A stretch of DNA of 63,139 nt, filler included, from Choristocarpus tenellus KU-1152 (taxonomy: Eukaryota > Protista > Phaeophyceae), in NCBI GenBank assembly GCA_964200185.2. It is 15 parts of 15 records of this genome, joined end to end, with 100 filler letters (N's around TTAATTAATTAA, not from the genome) between each part and the next. Parts side by side here need not be neighbours in the genome. Positions count along the whole stretch, not along the records: positions 25,503 to 31,447 come from CAXNAD020009345.1; positions 31,548 to 34,726 come from CAXNAD020021745.1; positions 34,827 to 38,324 come from CAXNAD020019623.1; positions 38,425 to 41,187 come from CAXNAD020024960.1; 11 more parts are not named here. The stretch is one strand, 5' to 3'. The notes beneath the pieces were generated by a model that saw nothing but the letters and a program-made list of their open reading frames with translations, made no database searches and was not told the DNA's origin. This document shows, piece by piece, positions 25,565 through 39,607 of the stretch (positions are counted from its first letter, which is position 1; the number at the start of each line of letters is the position of its first letter). The position numbers and the translations under genes are program-made.

Positions 25565-26836
25565 CGTCCTCAAGTACCAATCATCCTTGAAGCGGTAGTA
25601 GATAATTGGCCATTGCCTGCCACCTGTCAGAGCCCTAGGGGAGAGCAAACGGTAGCCCAACTTCATGTCTCGGGGGTCCCTCTCCCTTTTCATCCCACGT
25701 TTTATTTTTTCGCTCTCATCCTACATGATCTCTCGCGACATATCTCCCTGCACCAATACTGGCACGAAAAGGGGATGATCCCCGTTCCTAGAGCCTCCTA
25801 CTTTTCCCAACACCGTGTTTGCTGCTTGCCAAGAATATAATTACTCCGGCAGGACCCAACTTTGCTTTTCCTGTTTAGCCAATGGACCAGATGCCCTGGA
25901 TCCTAAATCCTTCATGGCGACACTTTACATTGGTGGGGGAGCAGTACAGTAAAGCTCAAATAGTGCCAATACCACAGTTATGTGTTGTCATTCCTCCTAG
26001 GACAAGTCCTCTATACGGTGACAGGAAGTCCAAGCATACATCCCAGGCTAAAAACGGGGACGCTTACCAAAAGCTGCTGCCACACAAGGATGATGCTTTA
26101 CGAGTTCATGGCTGAGTTACTCATCCCACTCCGTTACCAAGTCATACATCCTACTGGAGTCTATACTAGGCTAGTTGGAGGTAGGTTGCATTATTTACGT
26201 TACGGATATATCATGCTTGAACAAAATATTGGGATGTGGTGATAAACGGCCAAAAAGAATGGCACTGGGACCAACTGCAGTGGGAACACTAGTGAACTAG
26301 TTAAGACCCACACATAAAGGAAAATTCACACCAATCATTGCTATAATCTGACACAAACGTTAGTAATTGTACCAAAGTGGTATTGTATTGCCCCACCATG
26401 ACATTGGTTGGGGGATTGAAAGCAGAAATATGCAAATTGCGGTCTTACAACAGTCCGTGGGCCACTCTTCCAGCTTGCCTGCAAATCGCGAGCCACAGTC
26501 CATGGGAATCAAATAAAGGAAACCAAGAGTGATACACTGTTGTTTGTGGTTGATGTGTTTGTCCACACAACTTTCAGTGAACTTTGAGTCTGTGACGGGA
26601 CGATGAACTTCAATGACTATACTTGCACAGTTCTGCAATCATCAAGCGATGGTAATCGAATAAATGAATTGATACAGAAGTTCCAGGCCCGTAAGGCTAC
26701 TTTAGACAGAAAAGAAACCGCTTTGGTGTTGGGACAAACCAACTAATGTGAAGATAAAGTAGCTCTCTGTACTAAAAATAAATATCAACGGTGTATCAAT
26801 GATCAAATATCGGTATTATTGCTTTCTGATGTTGTT

Positions 26837-26895
26837 GGGGCTTGTTAGATTCGTGGGATGCTTCCCTAGCCCCTCACCCTGGAGTACAGGACTAA
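26837..26895 (+). mobile_element. Short 3' fragment of the RLE non-LTR family
   Basis: ttgttagattcgtgggatgcttccctagcccctcaccctgg matches about 43230-43275. Confidence 0.6.
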
Positions 26896-27062
26896 ACTAG
26901 GTTAGAGGCACAGGGAGGGAACGGTGTAGCATAACTGGTAGTAAAATAGCGAATAGATTAATATTTTTCATGTCTACGACAACTGTTACTTTCATAGGGT
27001 TTATTCTGGCATGTGAATAGTTTATGTTGATTTTTCCCCTGACACATCTACAAAATATCAGC

Positions 27063-27210
27063 GGGCATAAAATAAAACAATTTGATGGTGAGCCGGTACG
27101 GTACACATGCAGGAGGACGCGTTTTGGACCTTCAAGACACCATGCTGGAGAGTACGCTTCGCAGATGGGGATCAGGAAGGGCTGAACAAGACTGAGACGA
27201 GAAGGTTCAG
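27063..27210 (+). pseudogene. Frameshifted Tudor-like domain relic
   Basis: Across two frameshifts it reads GHKIKQFDGEPVRYT/GRVLD/FKTPCWRVRFADGDQEGLNKTE, matching the Tudor-like G.V.....WRV.Y/F.DGD.E pattern. Confidence 0.55.
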
Positions 27211-30200
27211 GTCAAACCCACCAGGCTGAAACACCACCATTGGACACCTCACTACTATTATTATTCGACATGAAAGGATGGAAACCATCGAACAGGCCTA
27301 CAAGTGACATCGTCATTAATGTTTCACATACTGAGCAAGTCCTGTTGTGGGGGATTGGCAAGATAGAACAATATAGGTGATAGGGTAACGATCTTCAAGT
27401 TCTTTCTTCTTTTATATTGTTTGTATCCATTCTAAACTAACACATTATGCAAGCCCCAGTAGTGTCCTGGGTAACATGACGCTTGTAGAGTGACATGTCG
27501 ATGCCCCGTAACTCTATAAGTTGAAACATGTAGCCGTATATTATTCCATATATTGGTGGTCAGTGGCCACATTTTGCGTATGTGCATCACCACTTGAGTG
27601 TTAAAAATATTTACAAATACTTGTGGATACGACTCATTTTCTGCGAAATATGTACAAGTATTTGTCGTACCACTCCGTCATCTACGAAAACGTTCACAAA
27701 TATTCGTCCTACCACTCACCCACCTGTGTATAAAACATGTGCAAATGTTTGTACGCACCACTCGCCTCCTTGGTAAAAAAAATGTACAAACGGTTCCCTC
27801 GTATAAATGCATTGATTTAAACATCTCAACAGTGATATGCCTTTGTGAGCACGAGTTAGTTGTACAAATCATAGATTGTTAATTGGTCCATACTTCATCT
27901 TGTTGTCGGAAGATATGTCCCACACCACTCTCAGAAAATATGAATGACTATAAATGATTCGGATCCACAAATAATGAAAGAATTAACCCCTAGATCTTTG
28001 ATTTGCGAGGATGTGCCCCAACGTGCATACCTGAGAAGTAGGAGAGGAGCTGCCATTGACTTGTCGGGAATCGAGTTGTACTCCACAAATCGGATTTGAT
28101 TTGTCCGATATGTAAAACAATGTGCGCATCTTTCCTTTGGACAGGTTGATTGTGAACTACTTCTCCTCATTCGGGCAATTTGGGCGGTAGTTGAAATAAA
28201 ATTTAACAGTTGAAATGACATTCCCCAGAGAGCCCCACATATATATAAACTCCATACCTTCATTATGTTCTTGTACATTTCTTATTCCCAACAGGACAAA
28301 CAAAAACATAAGAGTGTATCGGGTAGTATTCATTTTGTCATGACTCGAACACTTACGAATCAAAACAGGCATTCCAGAAAAAGGTGAGCGAAATGAGGAT
28401 CATGCCATTGACGCATGTTCTGATTGCCCAAGGACCATTCTGAACAGTAGTAGTAGTTGAGGGGAACAACCCCGAAAAATGCGTATTACCCCTTCCCCGC
28501 CTCCCATCCTTCTCCTGCAACAGGGGAAACGGGGATTGATGTCTCCCTTACTTCTCGGGAATTGCGCCAAAGCAGGTAAAGGTACCCTCGTTCTTCGCCA
28601 TTCGCATTTCAATTCATTTTTTTTCATATTTTTCACATCTTTCTTTTGTATGGATGAAGCGCTCCGATTGATTGGTGCGAGAGTGTTGATTTTTCTATTT
28701 TTTTTAATTTTCGACATCAAGAAAACGCCAAGTACAAATTTTCGAAAAAGAAACAAATTTTCCACATTATTTGTCATCCTTATTAGCTCTTGTGTACGTT
28801 GGTTCAACTGTTGAAGAAATAGTGTGTTTTCTGACCGACAAGAGTAACGAAATACACGGCATGTTACACTGCATTTGGGCTACTCTTAGGTTATTGGACT
28901 ACTTATCATGGCATACCGAAGCAAAATCGGGTCCACACCCTGACCCATACACCCCCCACAGGGCTGTAGTAGTGGACTTCAAAATTAGACCGTGGATTGA
29001 AATGGTGTTGAAACCACTATCCAGTTCGAAGTTTGAGCCTAATCCCTCTCACCCCTCTTTCCCATGTGTAGAGCCAGATCAAGGTTTTCACACAGATGTA
29101 GTTAGCATTGGCATTGATTGCGTTTTCTTAAGGTTGCCTGATCTTAAAAAACCACATAGGCTCACTCTCGTAAAATCAAATCAAGCAATATAAGCATATA
29201 CTACAAGCCCACTGAGGGTAGTGAGTCCTCACAGCAGTAGTAGACAGACGAACTGAGGATGTAGTGACTGGTAATACAGGTATTGAGTTGACTTGTAGAC
29301 GCTGTATCCACTGTGCAAGGGCTCTCCCTTCAGTGGGCTTGCAGACCGTGCTGGAACATCTCGGTCAGTTTATCGAGAGTGGGCCTAAGTTACTGTAGGT
29401 ACACTCTCTACCACTCCCATCACAAAGTTTAACATTACAGGCGTCTCCCTAGCTCTAATCCACCCCCCCTCCTCGCACTGTACAGGCCCCATGATAGTGC
29501 ACTGATGCCACAACAGCAGCGGACGCATGCATGCATGCCTACAGAGTTCGAGTCAAGCAACAACATTACGCTTCACTGTTGATGAAGCAAATGGGCACCA
29601 CAACAACAACAAAAAATTCCACAATAACAGCAGACACACACACACACACACACACGGCAAACCACTTAGACGCGGACTACCTGACCGATCAATGCAATAT
29701 TATTACAATGAAAGAGTCCAAAAAAAAGCCCTGAGATCCAACGCCCACATCAGCAAGTAACTGCCGGAGGTTACAAACTTCAGCCCTCCAATAATTAATC
29801 GCATTAATCGGATAATATCGCACTATTCCATACTTCCTAGATTAAAGGTAACACAACCCACTGACATTTGAGCGCCTACTCCTGATAAAAACCTTTGGAA
29901 GAATTCAAGCTCTCTCAGTATACAGGCAGAAGAAGAAGTCTGGCGAGCCTCGTAAGGCTGAAAAGGTACACCTCATTTCGTCTTTACCCACACCCTACAC
30001 CACGGATGCACCTCTACCAACATCAGGCTGAGTATAGTCAAAGAGGGGCAAACGGAAGACATCATCTGACCACCAAACCATATATATACCTCTGAGAACT
30101 CACTTGAAAGAGAGGACAGCATGAAAATGGGAGGGGGGGGGGGGGGCAGTAAAAAGATGCGAGTTTTAGAGCTCAAAAAGACAAGAACAAAAACAATAAA

Positions 30201-31008
30201 AACAAACCGAAAGGGGAGAAAAAGAAAAAGGAGGGAGGGGGGAGGGGGGGGGGGGGGGGGGGGGGGGCAGTACAAAGATGCGAGTTTTAGAGCTCAAAAA
30301 GACAAGCGAGAAAGGGTTGAAAAAAACCCAAAGAGTGCTTTAATGGGTAATTTGAAGTGATACATACAAACCACCACTCCCCTTGAAATAGTCCAAACAA
30401 CTGACCATGTCATGCCACCCTTCAACACTCCAATATCCAATCTTGTCTAAAGCACTCACCCACACCATTCTGTCCCACTACTGCAACATCCAAACTCATA
30501 GGTCATCAATACCCCTCCGTACACCGCTCACACACACTGCTCTCACACAAGCATATATATACAGCAACATTCAACTACACAACAGTCTCCTCCTCCAACA
30601 CGAATCTCCTAGACGACCTCGTGCCGACCCCTGCACTGCCTGATAAATCGACCTGCACCCCAGTAGCGGCAAAGCGCATCCCTTGCAGCCTCCAACCCCC
30701 CCCCCCACACACACACACCCCATACATGCTACCACCGTTCTCTCTCTCCTGTACAACAATCATCCGCCAAAGCCACGCCCCAAGTGACTCCTTCATTATA
30801 ATACACCCTGCATCGACAGACAGACCAGTCCGAGGATTGGTGGTTTCCCCACACGTCGACTGCACTTATCCCAATACCATACAGTGGTGGCAAATAAGTA
30901 CCACCCGATCAACCTTGAGCAACTGTGTAGCTGTCGTTAGAGATCCCACGAATGCCGGCACTCGAGGCACTGTACAATGATGCGCACCTGCACGGAATAA
31001 CAATTAAC

Positions 31009-31040
<32 letters not shown>

Positions 31041-31356
31041 AGAAAAGAGGGTGGGTTGACACGCAGATATAGGTGGGTGGGTGTGTACGAGGGTCCGATG
31101 TTGTAACTGTAACCGACAGGGCCTCAAAAAAAAAGGTATCACATCATCATAACATAGTGAGGTTATGGTGGTCTTAAAAAGGTTCGAAGAAGGCTTTGAG
31201 TTGGAAAGCTTGGCCAGATACTCCAGTTTTGACGACCGTTTTGCAGAGCTTTTTCTTTTTAATTTTTTTTTGGTTCAGGCAGTGGGATGGAAAAGGATTT
31301 CTCGTTAAGATGAAAATGCCGTTTTTACATCTGACAAGTTCACTCAACTGGACACC

Positions 31357-31394
<38 letters not shown>

Positions 31395-31547
31395 CCCCCC
31401 TCCCCCCCCCGGGCCGCCCCGCCTCCCACCCCCCCCCCTCGTCTCCCNNNNNNNNNNNNNNNNNNNNNNNNNNNNNNNNNNNNNNNNNNNNTTAATTAAT
31501 TAANNNNNNNNNNNNNNNNNNNNNNNNNNNNNNNNNNNNNNNNNNNN

Positions 31548-31592
31548 GTGCTGTTCCCCCCCCCCCCCCCCCCTCCCCAGATACTTTGGGTC
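31548..31592 (-). mobile_element. MITE family A left terminus
   Basis: (C)n-cagatactttgggtc at the contig start. Confidence 0.7.
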
Positions 31593-31869
31593 TACATACG
31601 TAATGCACTGTTTAATATAATGATATTGAATGCCTCAGTGTAACTGAAACACAAATATTGCACATGTCTGATCTCTGGAGCATTCAAACTACGCGTCTAT
31701 ACAAGTGTTCACCCTGGTAGGGTGTCCACACATTTATCTGTACATGTTTACACAGGTGTAGACCCTGGTGACTGCGTCAACACATATGTATGTCCACACA
31801 TGGTAGCGTGGGATCCAATGTGTTTGTAGGGTGTCAACACACACAATTAGCACGGTTTTCTGACATGTT

Positions 31870-32055
31870 GCACTATACCTGAAACCAGCATAGACACGCA
31901 GGCCCTATTTCCGTAATACACCTCCCAAGGCGTAGATGACAATCCACAAGTCCAATAGTTGGTAGCGAAAAAAGCTTTCACTGCAGGACATATTCTGTCT
32001 CCCTTCTTTGTTGAGGGGTACTCTACTTCCGATGAGGCGAAGCACACCACTCCAT
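31870..32055 (-). mobile_element. Degenerate Ty1/copia RNase H remnant
   Basis: VVCFASSEVEY resembles VALSSxEAEY and VYYGNRACVSM resembles IYEDNQACI, with appropriate spacing. Confidence 0.55.
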
Positions 32056-34971
32056 TGCAAATCGGTTCACTATTGAAAGTTCACACACACATACAAACCC
32101 ACAAACACATACGTCAAAACAACCATAATATGGTAAAATGTCATAATCTAACACGTTTTCCACGTGTTGCAATCACCGTGTATCACTGATGCGTTCGTCA
32201 CCATCTAAATACACATCATCATCATCATCAACAACAACAAAATCAACAGCAGGTTGAAGCTGGCACATACAGGCTAGTCATCAACATCAGGACACACACT
32301 GCACACACTTTGTGCTATCAATGGAAAATGAGCTTCCAGCATCAAAATGGCAAGTCCAAACCCAATGCTGTAGAGGCATGAACAGAAAACTCCAAAAGAG
32401 TGGGAAGGATGTGCAAGATCGACAACAAACCATTCCCCAAGAAACATCAAAAGGTGATCCTCGAGTCCCCCATTCCACCCCAATAGACCTAACCTTTTCA
32501 TTTTTCGTATGTTCGGTGTTTAAAATACGTGGAAGAGTTAATATATTCCCTAATATGGGTCCTTAAACTCTTTTGATCTCTGTCACGTATGTATTCTGTA
32601 TAACCAAGTCATTCCTGTCTGTCGATCCGTCTGCGGCTGTACCTCATCAGCACCACGTCTTGCCCTCGTGCAAAATCTTGCCCACGCATTCACACTGACT
32701 CTTTATTGTTGGGGCAATATAACAGGAAAATATCAAAAAACATGACTTGGAAGGGGATATTGGACGCTGCACTCTTTTATCTTCCTTTCTTCATTATTGA
32801 CCTACTTTTATCACTTCAATAATAGTGTAACCAATTGAACCGCTCTCAAAATAATATTACCCTGCTTACTGATAGACCAAGACACAACTAAGAGCAAATT
32901 GGGGCATGCCGTTTCCCACACACATTCAAGCAGAACTGCCTTTCCTGAACGACCATCTGCCTGCCTTCCTGTCAAGTCGCAAATCACAACTAACATTTAT
33001 CACCCCCCCCCCCTTTCCCACCTTAATCCTACTCAATTCCTGCTCGATCAACCTTGTTCTAACAACCCTCTGCACACACAAATACATCGAGTTCACCACT
33101 TAACACCTTGTTTTTTTGGCCATCACTCGAGCACCATGCACCGGAGAGATAGCAAAATCAACCAACTACCTACCACTTCACATCAACGCCTGCCGCACTC
33201 TATCAGAGCCTTTCTTACATGGAATAGAAAGACTCTCCAAAAAATATAAAACCACATCCTATCACTGAAGAAGCAGAAATCAGTCAACACCAGCCAAGAA
33301 GTTAGACTTCGTGTAGAACACCCTTCTTGTCTCTCTGGTCTGATCAAACGAACGGCTGAAGAATAGTAGTGTGTGACACCTTTCTGCACTAGGAATTTTA
33401 ACACCCCAACCTGGTACTATTCCCCCCTCCCCCACCCAGCAAACAAACCCACACAAGCCCCATCCTCCACGGCTGAGGTGTCCGCACATGTCTCATTCAT
33501 CTCTCAGGTGGGCCTGAAGGGCACACACGACAGCAAAGCCTTGCATGAAGCAACGCTGCCTGCAACTACAAGCACACTAACACATGAAACAGAGATAGCT
33601 AACACAAACAACGAACCTTACCTCCACTACACACAGAGCACATAGCGGCATGCCACAACAGGCATGCCACTTTACACCGGCATAGTCCCTGTGCTCTCTC
33701 ACCCTCCATCTTCCCCACAGTTTGAGCTTGAACAAAAGCAAGCCGTTATTGCTCAATTCAAGGCCTCTCCTTCAGACCCCCCCCCCACTAGAACAAGCAA
33801 ATATCCCATCACCTCTCCTACTTGCATCGACATCCACCGTGCTTCTGCCCCAAGAAACGAATCGTTCCAACCCAATCACATCTAAAAAACCCCCAACACC
33901 AATGAGATCAATTCTATATCATCCCCTTCGACCAATAAGATCAATTCACCCCGTAGCAACCCCTACCCACCCTTCTCAATCCTTCCACTACCATTACCAT
34001 TCCCTCAAAAAAATTTACAGAGACTAGACCAAACTTAGTCAGCACCTCCTACCACAGCCGGCAAGAGCAACATACCACCACAGCTCTTTCACCAACCTAC
34101 ACCAACAGGCAAATTTCTTGGGTCTGGAGCTGGTGCTGACAAGCCTTTGGTGGCCCACTTTCTTTTCGTGGCAACGCTTCTGGGCAAAAACACAAAATAA
34201 AAAGAGGGCAGGGGGGGGAGGAATAACAACGCCATACCAGGGCAATCAACAGAAGCTCTTCATTGCCAGAACGTTTACACGTTCTCTAATCTGGCGGCGG
34301 TGCTGACGCATGAGTGTCCTGATCATGCCATCCCGATCAAAGATCTGTACAAAAACCACATCCAAAAACACAAGACAATTTATCGATTAGAGGAGAAGAG
34401 AGATGGGACACAAAACACACACAAGAAGACAGGCACAGTTATCAGTAGTGGGGAAGATACTTACCACACAGGATCGGAAACAGGCACCGGTCAGTAAAAT
34501 ATGACTTGCTTATCAACACAGTCCGTAGTGTCATCACATATCGACGACACCCTTCCGGAGTCACCAAAAAACAAAAAACCAAGAAGGAAAGTTCCTTATT
34601 ATAATATATATTCTTATACGGCCCCCTTCCTATCCCATTCAACCGAAAGAAACAAAAATATCAAAAGTCTTCTGAATTTTTTAGGGGCGCGAACTTTAGT
34701 GTGTCAGTAGGAACACCCCCTCCCCCNNNNNNNNNNNNNNNNNNNNNNNNNNNNNNNNNNNNNNNNNNNNTTAATTAATTAANNNNNNNNNNNNNNNNNN
34801 NNNNNNNNNNNNNNNNNNNNNNNNNNGTCATCATTAATCACATAGTCCATCACTGTTCATATAAAGACACACCCTTGCTGTGCGCGGCTAACCATAGCAT
34901 CCACCCCTACATTAATATCCTTCTCCTTTGCTGATATCGTTGTCCTAACATTTTCCCCTCTACCTTCACAG

Positions 34972-35860
34972 ACAGCCAGCCAGAGGCTCAGGGACTCATG
35001 AACACCAAAAGACCACAGACCTCGTCACCTCCAACCTCAGCACGACGTGTACGATGGACTTCGCCACATCTGACTTCTTGACACAGAGATACAACGCCAA
35101 TCTTCTTGACAACGGTAGAGTGGAGTCTATGTTCTCGAAGCTGGGGCCGGACCCACAGGTCGCCGCTGATAGGATCGCGGGGATCCTGAGCGGGCAGCCT
35201 TTTTCCCCGTGCTCGAGATGGAAGACCATAAGTGACTTCAAAGCCGACATGTGCAGGGTAAACGTGCCCTCCAGTGTGCCAGACAGGGAACTGTTTGAAT
35301 ATTATATCGTCAATGACAACTTGGATGTGGATCACAATGGCGGCGATAGGGAGATAGAGGATGACGACAACCTCTTCTTTTTTCTTAATGGACAACACCG
35401 CATAATGGTGTTGAGGACCATCAAGTGTGTCGCAAAGGAGGACAATGTCCCTTGTGGCATCAACCTCCCGGCCCATGTGACAACACGATGGGCCTCGGAA
35501 GTAGGAGCAAACCTCCAGATGGCCCACCACAGGAGCTTCATGTGGAAGACGTATCCACATTGCAGCCGGGAGAAGGCTGAATCAATCTCCATAGGAGAGA
35601 GCGTTGCAGCCAGCCGATCGCATGTGCCAAACATCCTAGACATATTCTATTGGATGATGTCTTGGGTTGACGCTATTCTCGAGTATAGGCGCGACTTCTC
35701 TTGCGACAGGTCCCACCCCTACGTCGGGGAAACGGAAGAGGACTCTGATTGTTGCGCACGCATGGCGACACTGGTCGTCAAGTGCAACCAGTACTGTCTA
35801 GGTGACATAGACTTCCGGAGTGCTGACGCCCCGCTACAGACATCTGTTAAGGGAGGGTAG
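34972..35860 (+). CDS. Large exon (about 295 codons) encoding a putative ParB/Sulfiredoxin-like (DGQHR-type) domain; downstream continuation looks disrupted
   Basis: Branch point and pyrimidine tract with cag| at 34971, then a long open frame. Motifs NLLDNGRVESM, FFFLNGQHRIMVL and YPHCSREKAESISIGE. Confidence 0.5.
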
Positions 35861-36345
35861 CTGCAAAGATAATTGCATTCCTCAAAGAAGCTTGGGAGGA
35901 TACACATATGGAAGAAGATTCTCTACTTATGTGTGAATAGACTCACTGACCAGACCTCCGTCCAATTCTTCAACGCAATCCCCACCCTTGTCTACATATG
36001 CGTGGGAGAAGGTGAGATTCTCACGGCTCTTTCCACAGGAAACCAATCGTGAAACGATTGTGAAGCACCGCGTACGTTTCACTGACGAAATGTTGCACTG
36101 CGACAACCGTACTGGCTCTGTTCCTGCCTGCCGTGCTTGTTGCGCGTTTGGTTCAGCACTCCCACTGCTTGTCGTTCTGTCTTGACACTCAAATCTTCTG
36201 CTGGACTTGCCCCGAAGTGTTTCCACGTTTATCTTGGTCCAGCGTTTTCGTGGTATCGACAGGTAGGGTGGTACAGTTGTACAAACACGTTGAGCTTGCC
36301 ACGCGGAATGGCATGGTGGAGACCAGACTTGCATGAAAATGTGTG

Positions 36346-36417
36346 TGGCGTTGAAGGGATTCGAACCCTCTAAATGAATGCGAGTGGGCGGCGCGTAAAC
36401 CACAGAGCCACGAGGAC
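36346..36417 (-). mobile_element. tRNA-derived SINE head or tRNA pseudogene
   Basis: The minus strand has A-box TGGCTCTGTGG, B-box GGTTCGAATCC with a T-stem, and ends caacgcca. The acceptor stem does not pair, so it is not a functional tRNA. Confidence 0.55.
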
Positions 36418-38506
36418 GAGGGTGAGGTAGATGATTGGACAGGGAATAGACTTGTTGTTGGGATAGGAAAACACAGGAAACTATTGTGGGTAAATAGTTT
36501 TTGAGTATATAAAAAGGTGGTAGGTGCATGCTATTTACATACTTACCTGACGAGGGCTTGGCAGTGGTCAAGGTGACTGGTGACCGCAGGGGGAGCAGGC
36601 TCTTGCACTTGGCCTAAAAACCATGGAGTGCTGTAATCCCTGCAGAAAGTTTCTTCGGAAGCTTCTCTACCGTATAATTTTTTATCGGGGAGGTTGCGCT
36701 CCTCCCAAGCAACCAACGAACACCCTACAATACGAACGTCCATGACGACAACGCTCACTCACTCAACGCAAACAAGCACCACACCAGCACCACACCTAAT
36801 ATACCAAGTCACCCATACTACTTGTCGTATTATATGTTGTACCCGTCGTCTTGATCTTGTGATCTTCATCTGGACGTGTATGATGCACGTGGGAGATGCT
36901 TTTCCCACTCACTGATCTCAGCACACTACTGGTTGGCCTTGATAACTTGGTTGTCAATTGTTACTGCTCCCTCTTACTTGTGCCCTCGGCACCTGACTGA
37001 GCTCACTCACCTGTACCATCCACCCCACCGACTGATGGTGTGTGTCCTTGTCACCTACCGCCTCACGCTGCAAATCTCTGGCGGGGATTGGTTGTCATCC
37101 CTTCTCATCCCTCTCCACAGTCCCCTGCAGGTAGCTGCAGCGCAACCCTGCAGGGAGAGCTGAATACCTTCTGTCGCCCGACTGACTGAAAGAGAGTGGG
37201 TAATACCCTCTCTCTGCACACCACTCATGGCAATGGTAGTAGTAGTAAGTAGGAGTGATAACGAATACTACCTGGAGCGCTTGGCCCCTTCCTGGCAAGC
37301 GGTTAGTCCTCCATGTCGACTCATCAGGTAGCACAAAGGAGGGCGATCAAGTGCCGCGGCTCCAGACATAGGGGCTAGAAGAAGAGCTCTACTGGTAAAA
37401 GGGTGAAGATTCCTCGCTTGCTGAAATTTCATTCAGTCAGTACATTTTATCATTCCCGCCACCAATACGTGTATCTCTTGATGGATGTAACCTAGCATTG
37501 CTACCTCTGAAGAAGGAGAGTGTGCAGTACACAGCGCACAGTTGACCGGAAACGGCAATTAAATAAAAATCTCTGCCCTTCACACAGCTGGTGGGAGATG
37601 GGGTGGGTGGCAGTGCAAAGGTGCAATAAATCAACGAGAAGGGTGGAGATGACAAGGAGAAGAAAGCAGAAGAGTAGCGAAGAAGTACTTTCGGATGGCT
37701 TGTTGTTTCCATTGTCTTTTTGTTGCAAGCCTGATAAGGTCTTCTTCTCGTGTCTCAACCACAGCTAATGGAGCCCGGTTTTCCTCTTCTTGTTGCTTTG
37801 TTGTTCGGTGGTTTTCGCTTGTCTTGGTTCCATGCATACATATGTGTTATTTGTTGTGTGTCAACTACTCACTGACTTTGCTGCCGACATTCTTGTAGCT
37901 CTTCTACTGCCATTCTTACACTGTTGCTGGATTTTGTTCTTTGCTTTTCTGCTCCTGTTATACAGTCACAGCCAGTTACAAGTACCCTGCAAAATGGCAT
38001 TTCTCTGGAGCTGAGGACGGGGTCATGTGCACAGGCCACGGGTGATACAGTGTGAGATTGAGGAGTAGCCTGCTGGCTGCCTGGGACAAGGGAGGGGTCT
38101 ATATGATGACACCGAAGACAGTCAGGATGGTGGCCAAAAGATGAGGACGCGAGCAATGAATATGGGGACACTGCACCTAACCCCGTGAGCAAGCATTGAA
38201 GGAATATACCTTCTTGTCTGATGCTGGTGGCAGAGAGTGCCTAAAGTGAGCTGTACAAGGCACACCCCTCGGGTACGTAAGTGTGTTGCCACAACCCTCA
38301 CAAGCCTCAGGTGCTGAAATGGAGNNNNNNNNNNNNNNNNNNNNNNNNNNNNNNNNNNNNNNNNNNNNTTAATTAATTAANNNNNNNNNNNNNNNNNNNN
38401 NNNNNNNNNNNNNNNNNNNNNNNNAAACAGGGGAAGGTTTCAGATGGGGGCCCCCCACCCCCCCTCGCCCCCGGGGGGGGGGGGGGGGGGGGGGGATGAA
38501 AGTCAC

Positions 38507-39567
38507 CTTGGCAGAGTCTGAGTATCCAATCATCACCTCTTGAGTACCTTCAATGTGCCCTCGGTACCACGGTAGGGTTAGCAAGGTCCTGCACAGAGTT
38601 TTGGGGGTTAGGGTTATAAAAAAAGTATATATTCAATAATTTTCAAATTCTTTTTGTGTACGCACGCGTGTGTGTGTGTGTGTTTTTTTGTTTTTGTTTT
38701 TAGTACTAAAAAAAATGTTACTATTATGTTAAGGTGACAATCCATCGTAGGAGACTCGCATACACAAGAAACTTACTATATAGTAAAAAAAAAGGTTAAA
38801 ATGTTTTTTTTATTGCCTTGCTCTTGAAGAAAAAAAAGAAAAACGATGCAGATATCGTAACACAACTAACATCACTCGGCCCCACAACAACAAAAAAAGC
38901 TACTACTACTGTTACTACTACTACTGCTGCTTCTGCTGAGGTTGAGATCAAACAATTAAATTTTTCAACTGCCATATAACACACACAAAGACTTCTCCCT
39001 AGAAGAACCTGCACCTAGCTAGACGCCGGTATGAAACCACTATCTTACTCTCATAAATCATATCACCAAGTACTAAAGAAATCACCTCAGCACTCCTTCC
39101 AATCAATCCCTCGAAATTATAAAAAACAATTCTCTAAATCGATTTATAAAATTATATATTATTTTTTTCAAACGTGTGCAAAATGTACAAAAATATTTTT
39201 AAAAAATGAACCTCTCGCGCCCTCCAATACCCCCCCCGATCAAAGACACAAAAATCAAAAAAAAATCTTGTGTACCATAAACGCCTTCCAATATCAAAGA
39301 AAAAAATCTTGTGTACCATAAACGCCGCACCCACTACAGTCTCAGCAAAGACCCTACTCCACACAGCTCTCTCTCAAAAAAAAGAAAAAAGAAAGAGAGC
39401 TCAATCCACTTCACCAAAACGCCTTCATTATAACAATCCCCTCAACCACTCCCACCCGCTTGCCCCACCAATCCACCCACCCATATCTCACGTGGAATGA
39501 CAACCAAAAGTCACACAGTCCCCCCCCCCAATCAATGACAACCAAAAGCATTCCTACTACTAAAAAA

Positions 39568-39607
<40 letters not shown>

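Noticed and set aside
33255-33290. Hammerhead-like core CTGAAGA...GAAA
   Set aside because: No pairing stems could be built around the core.
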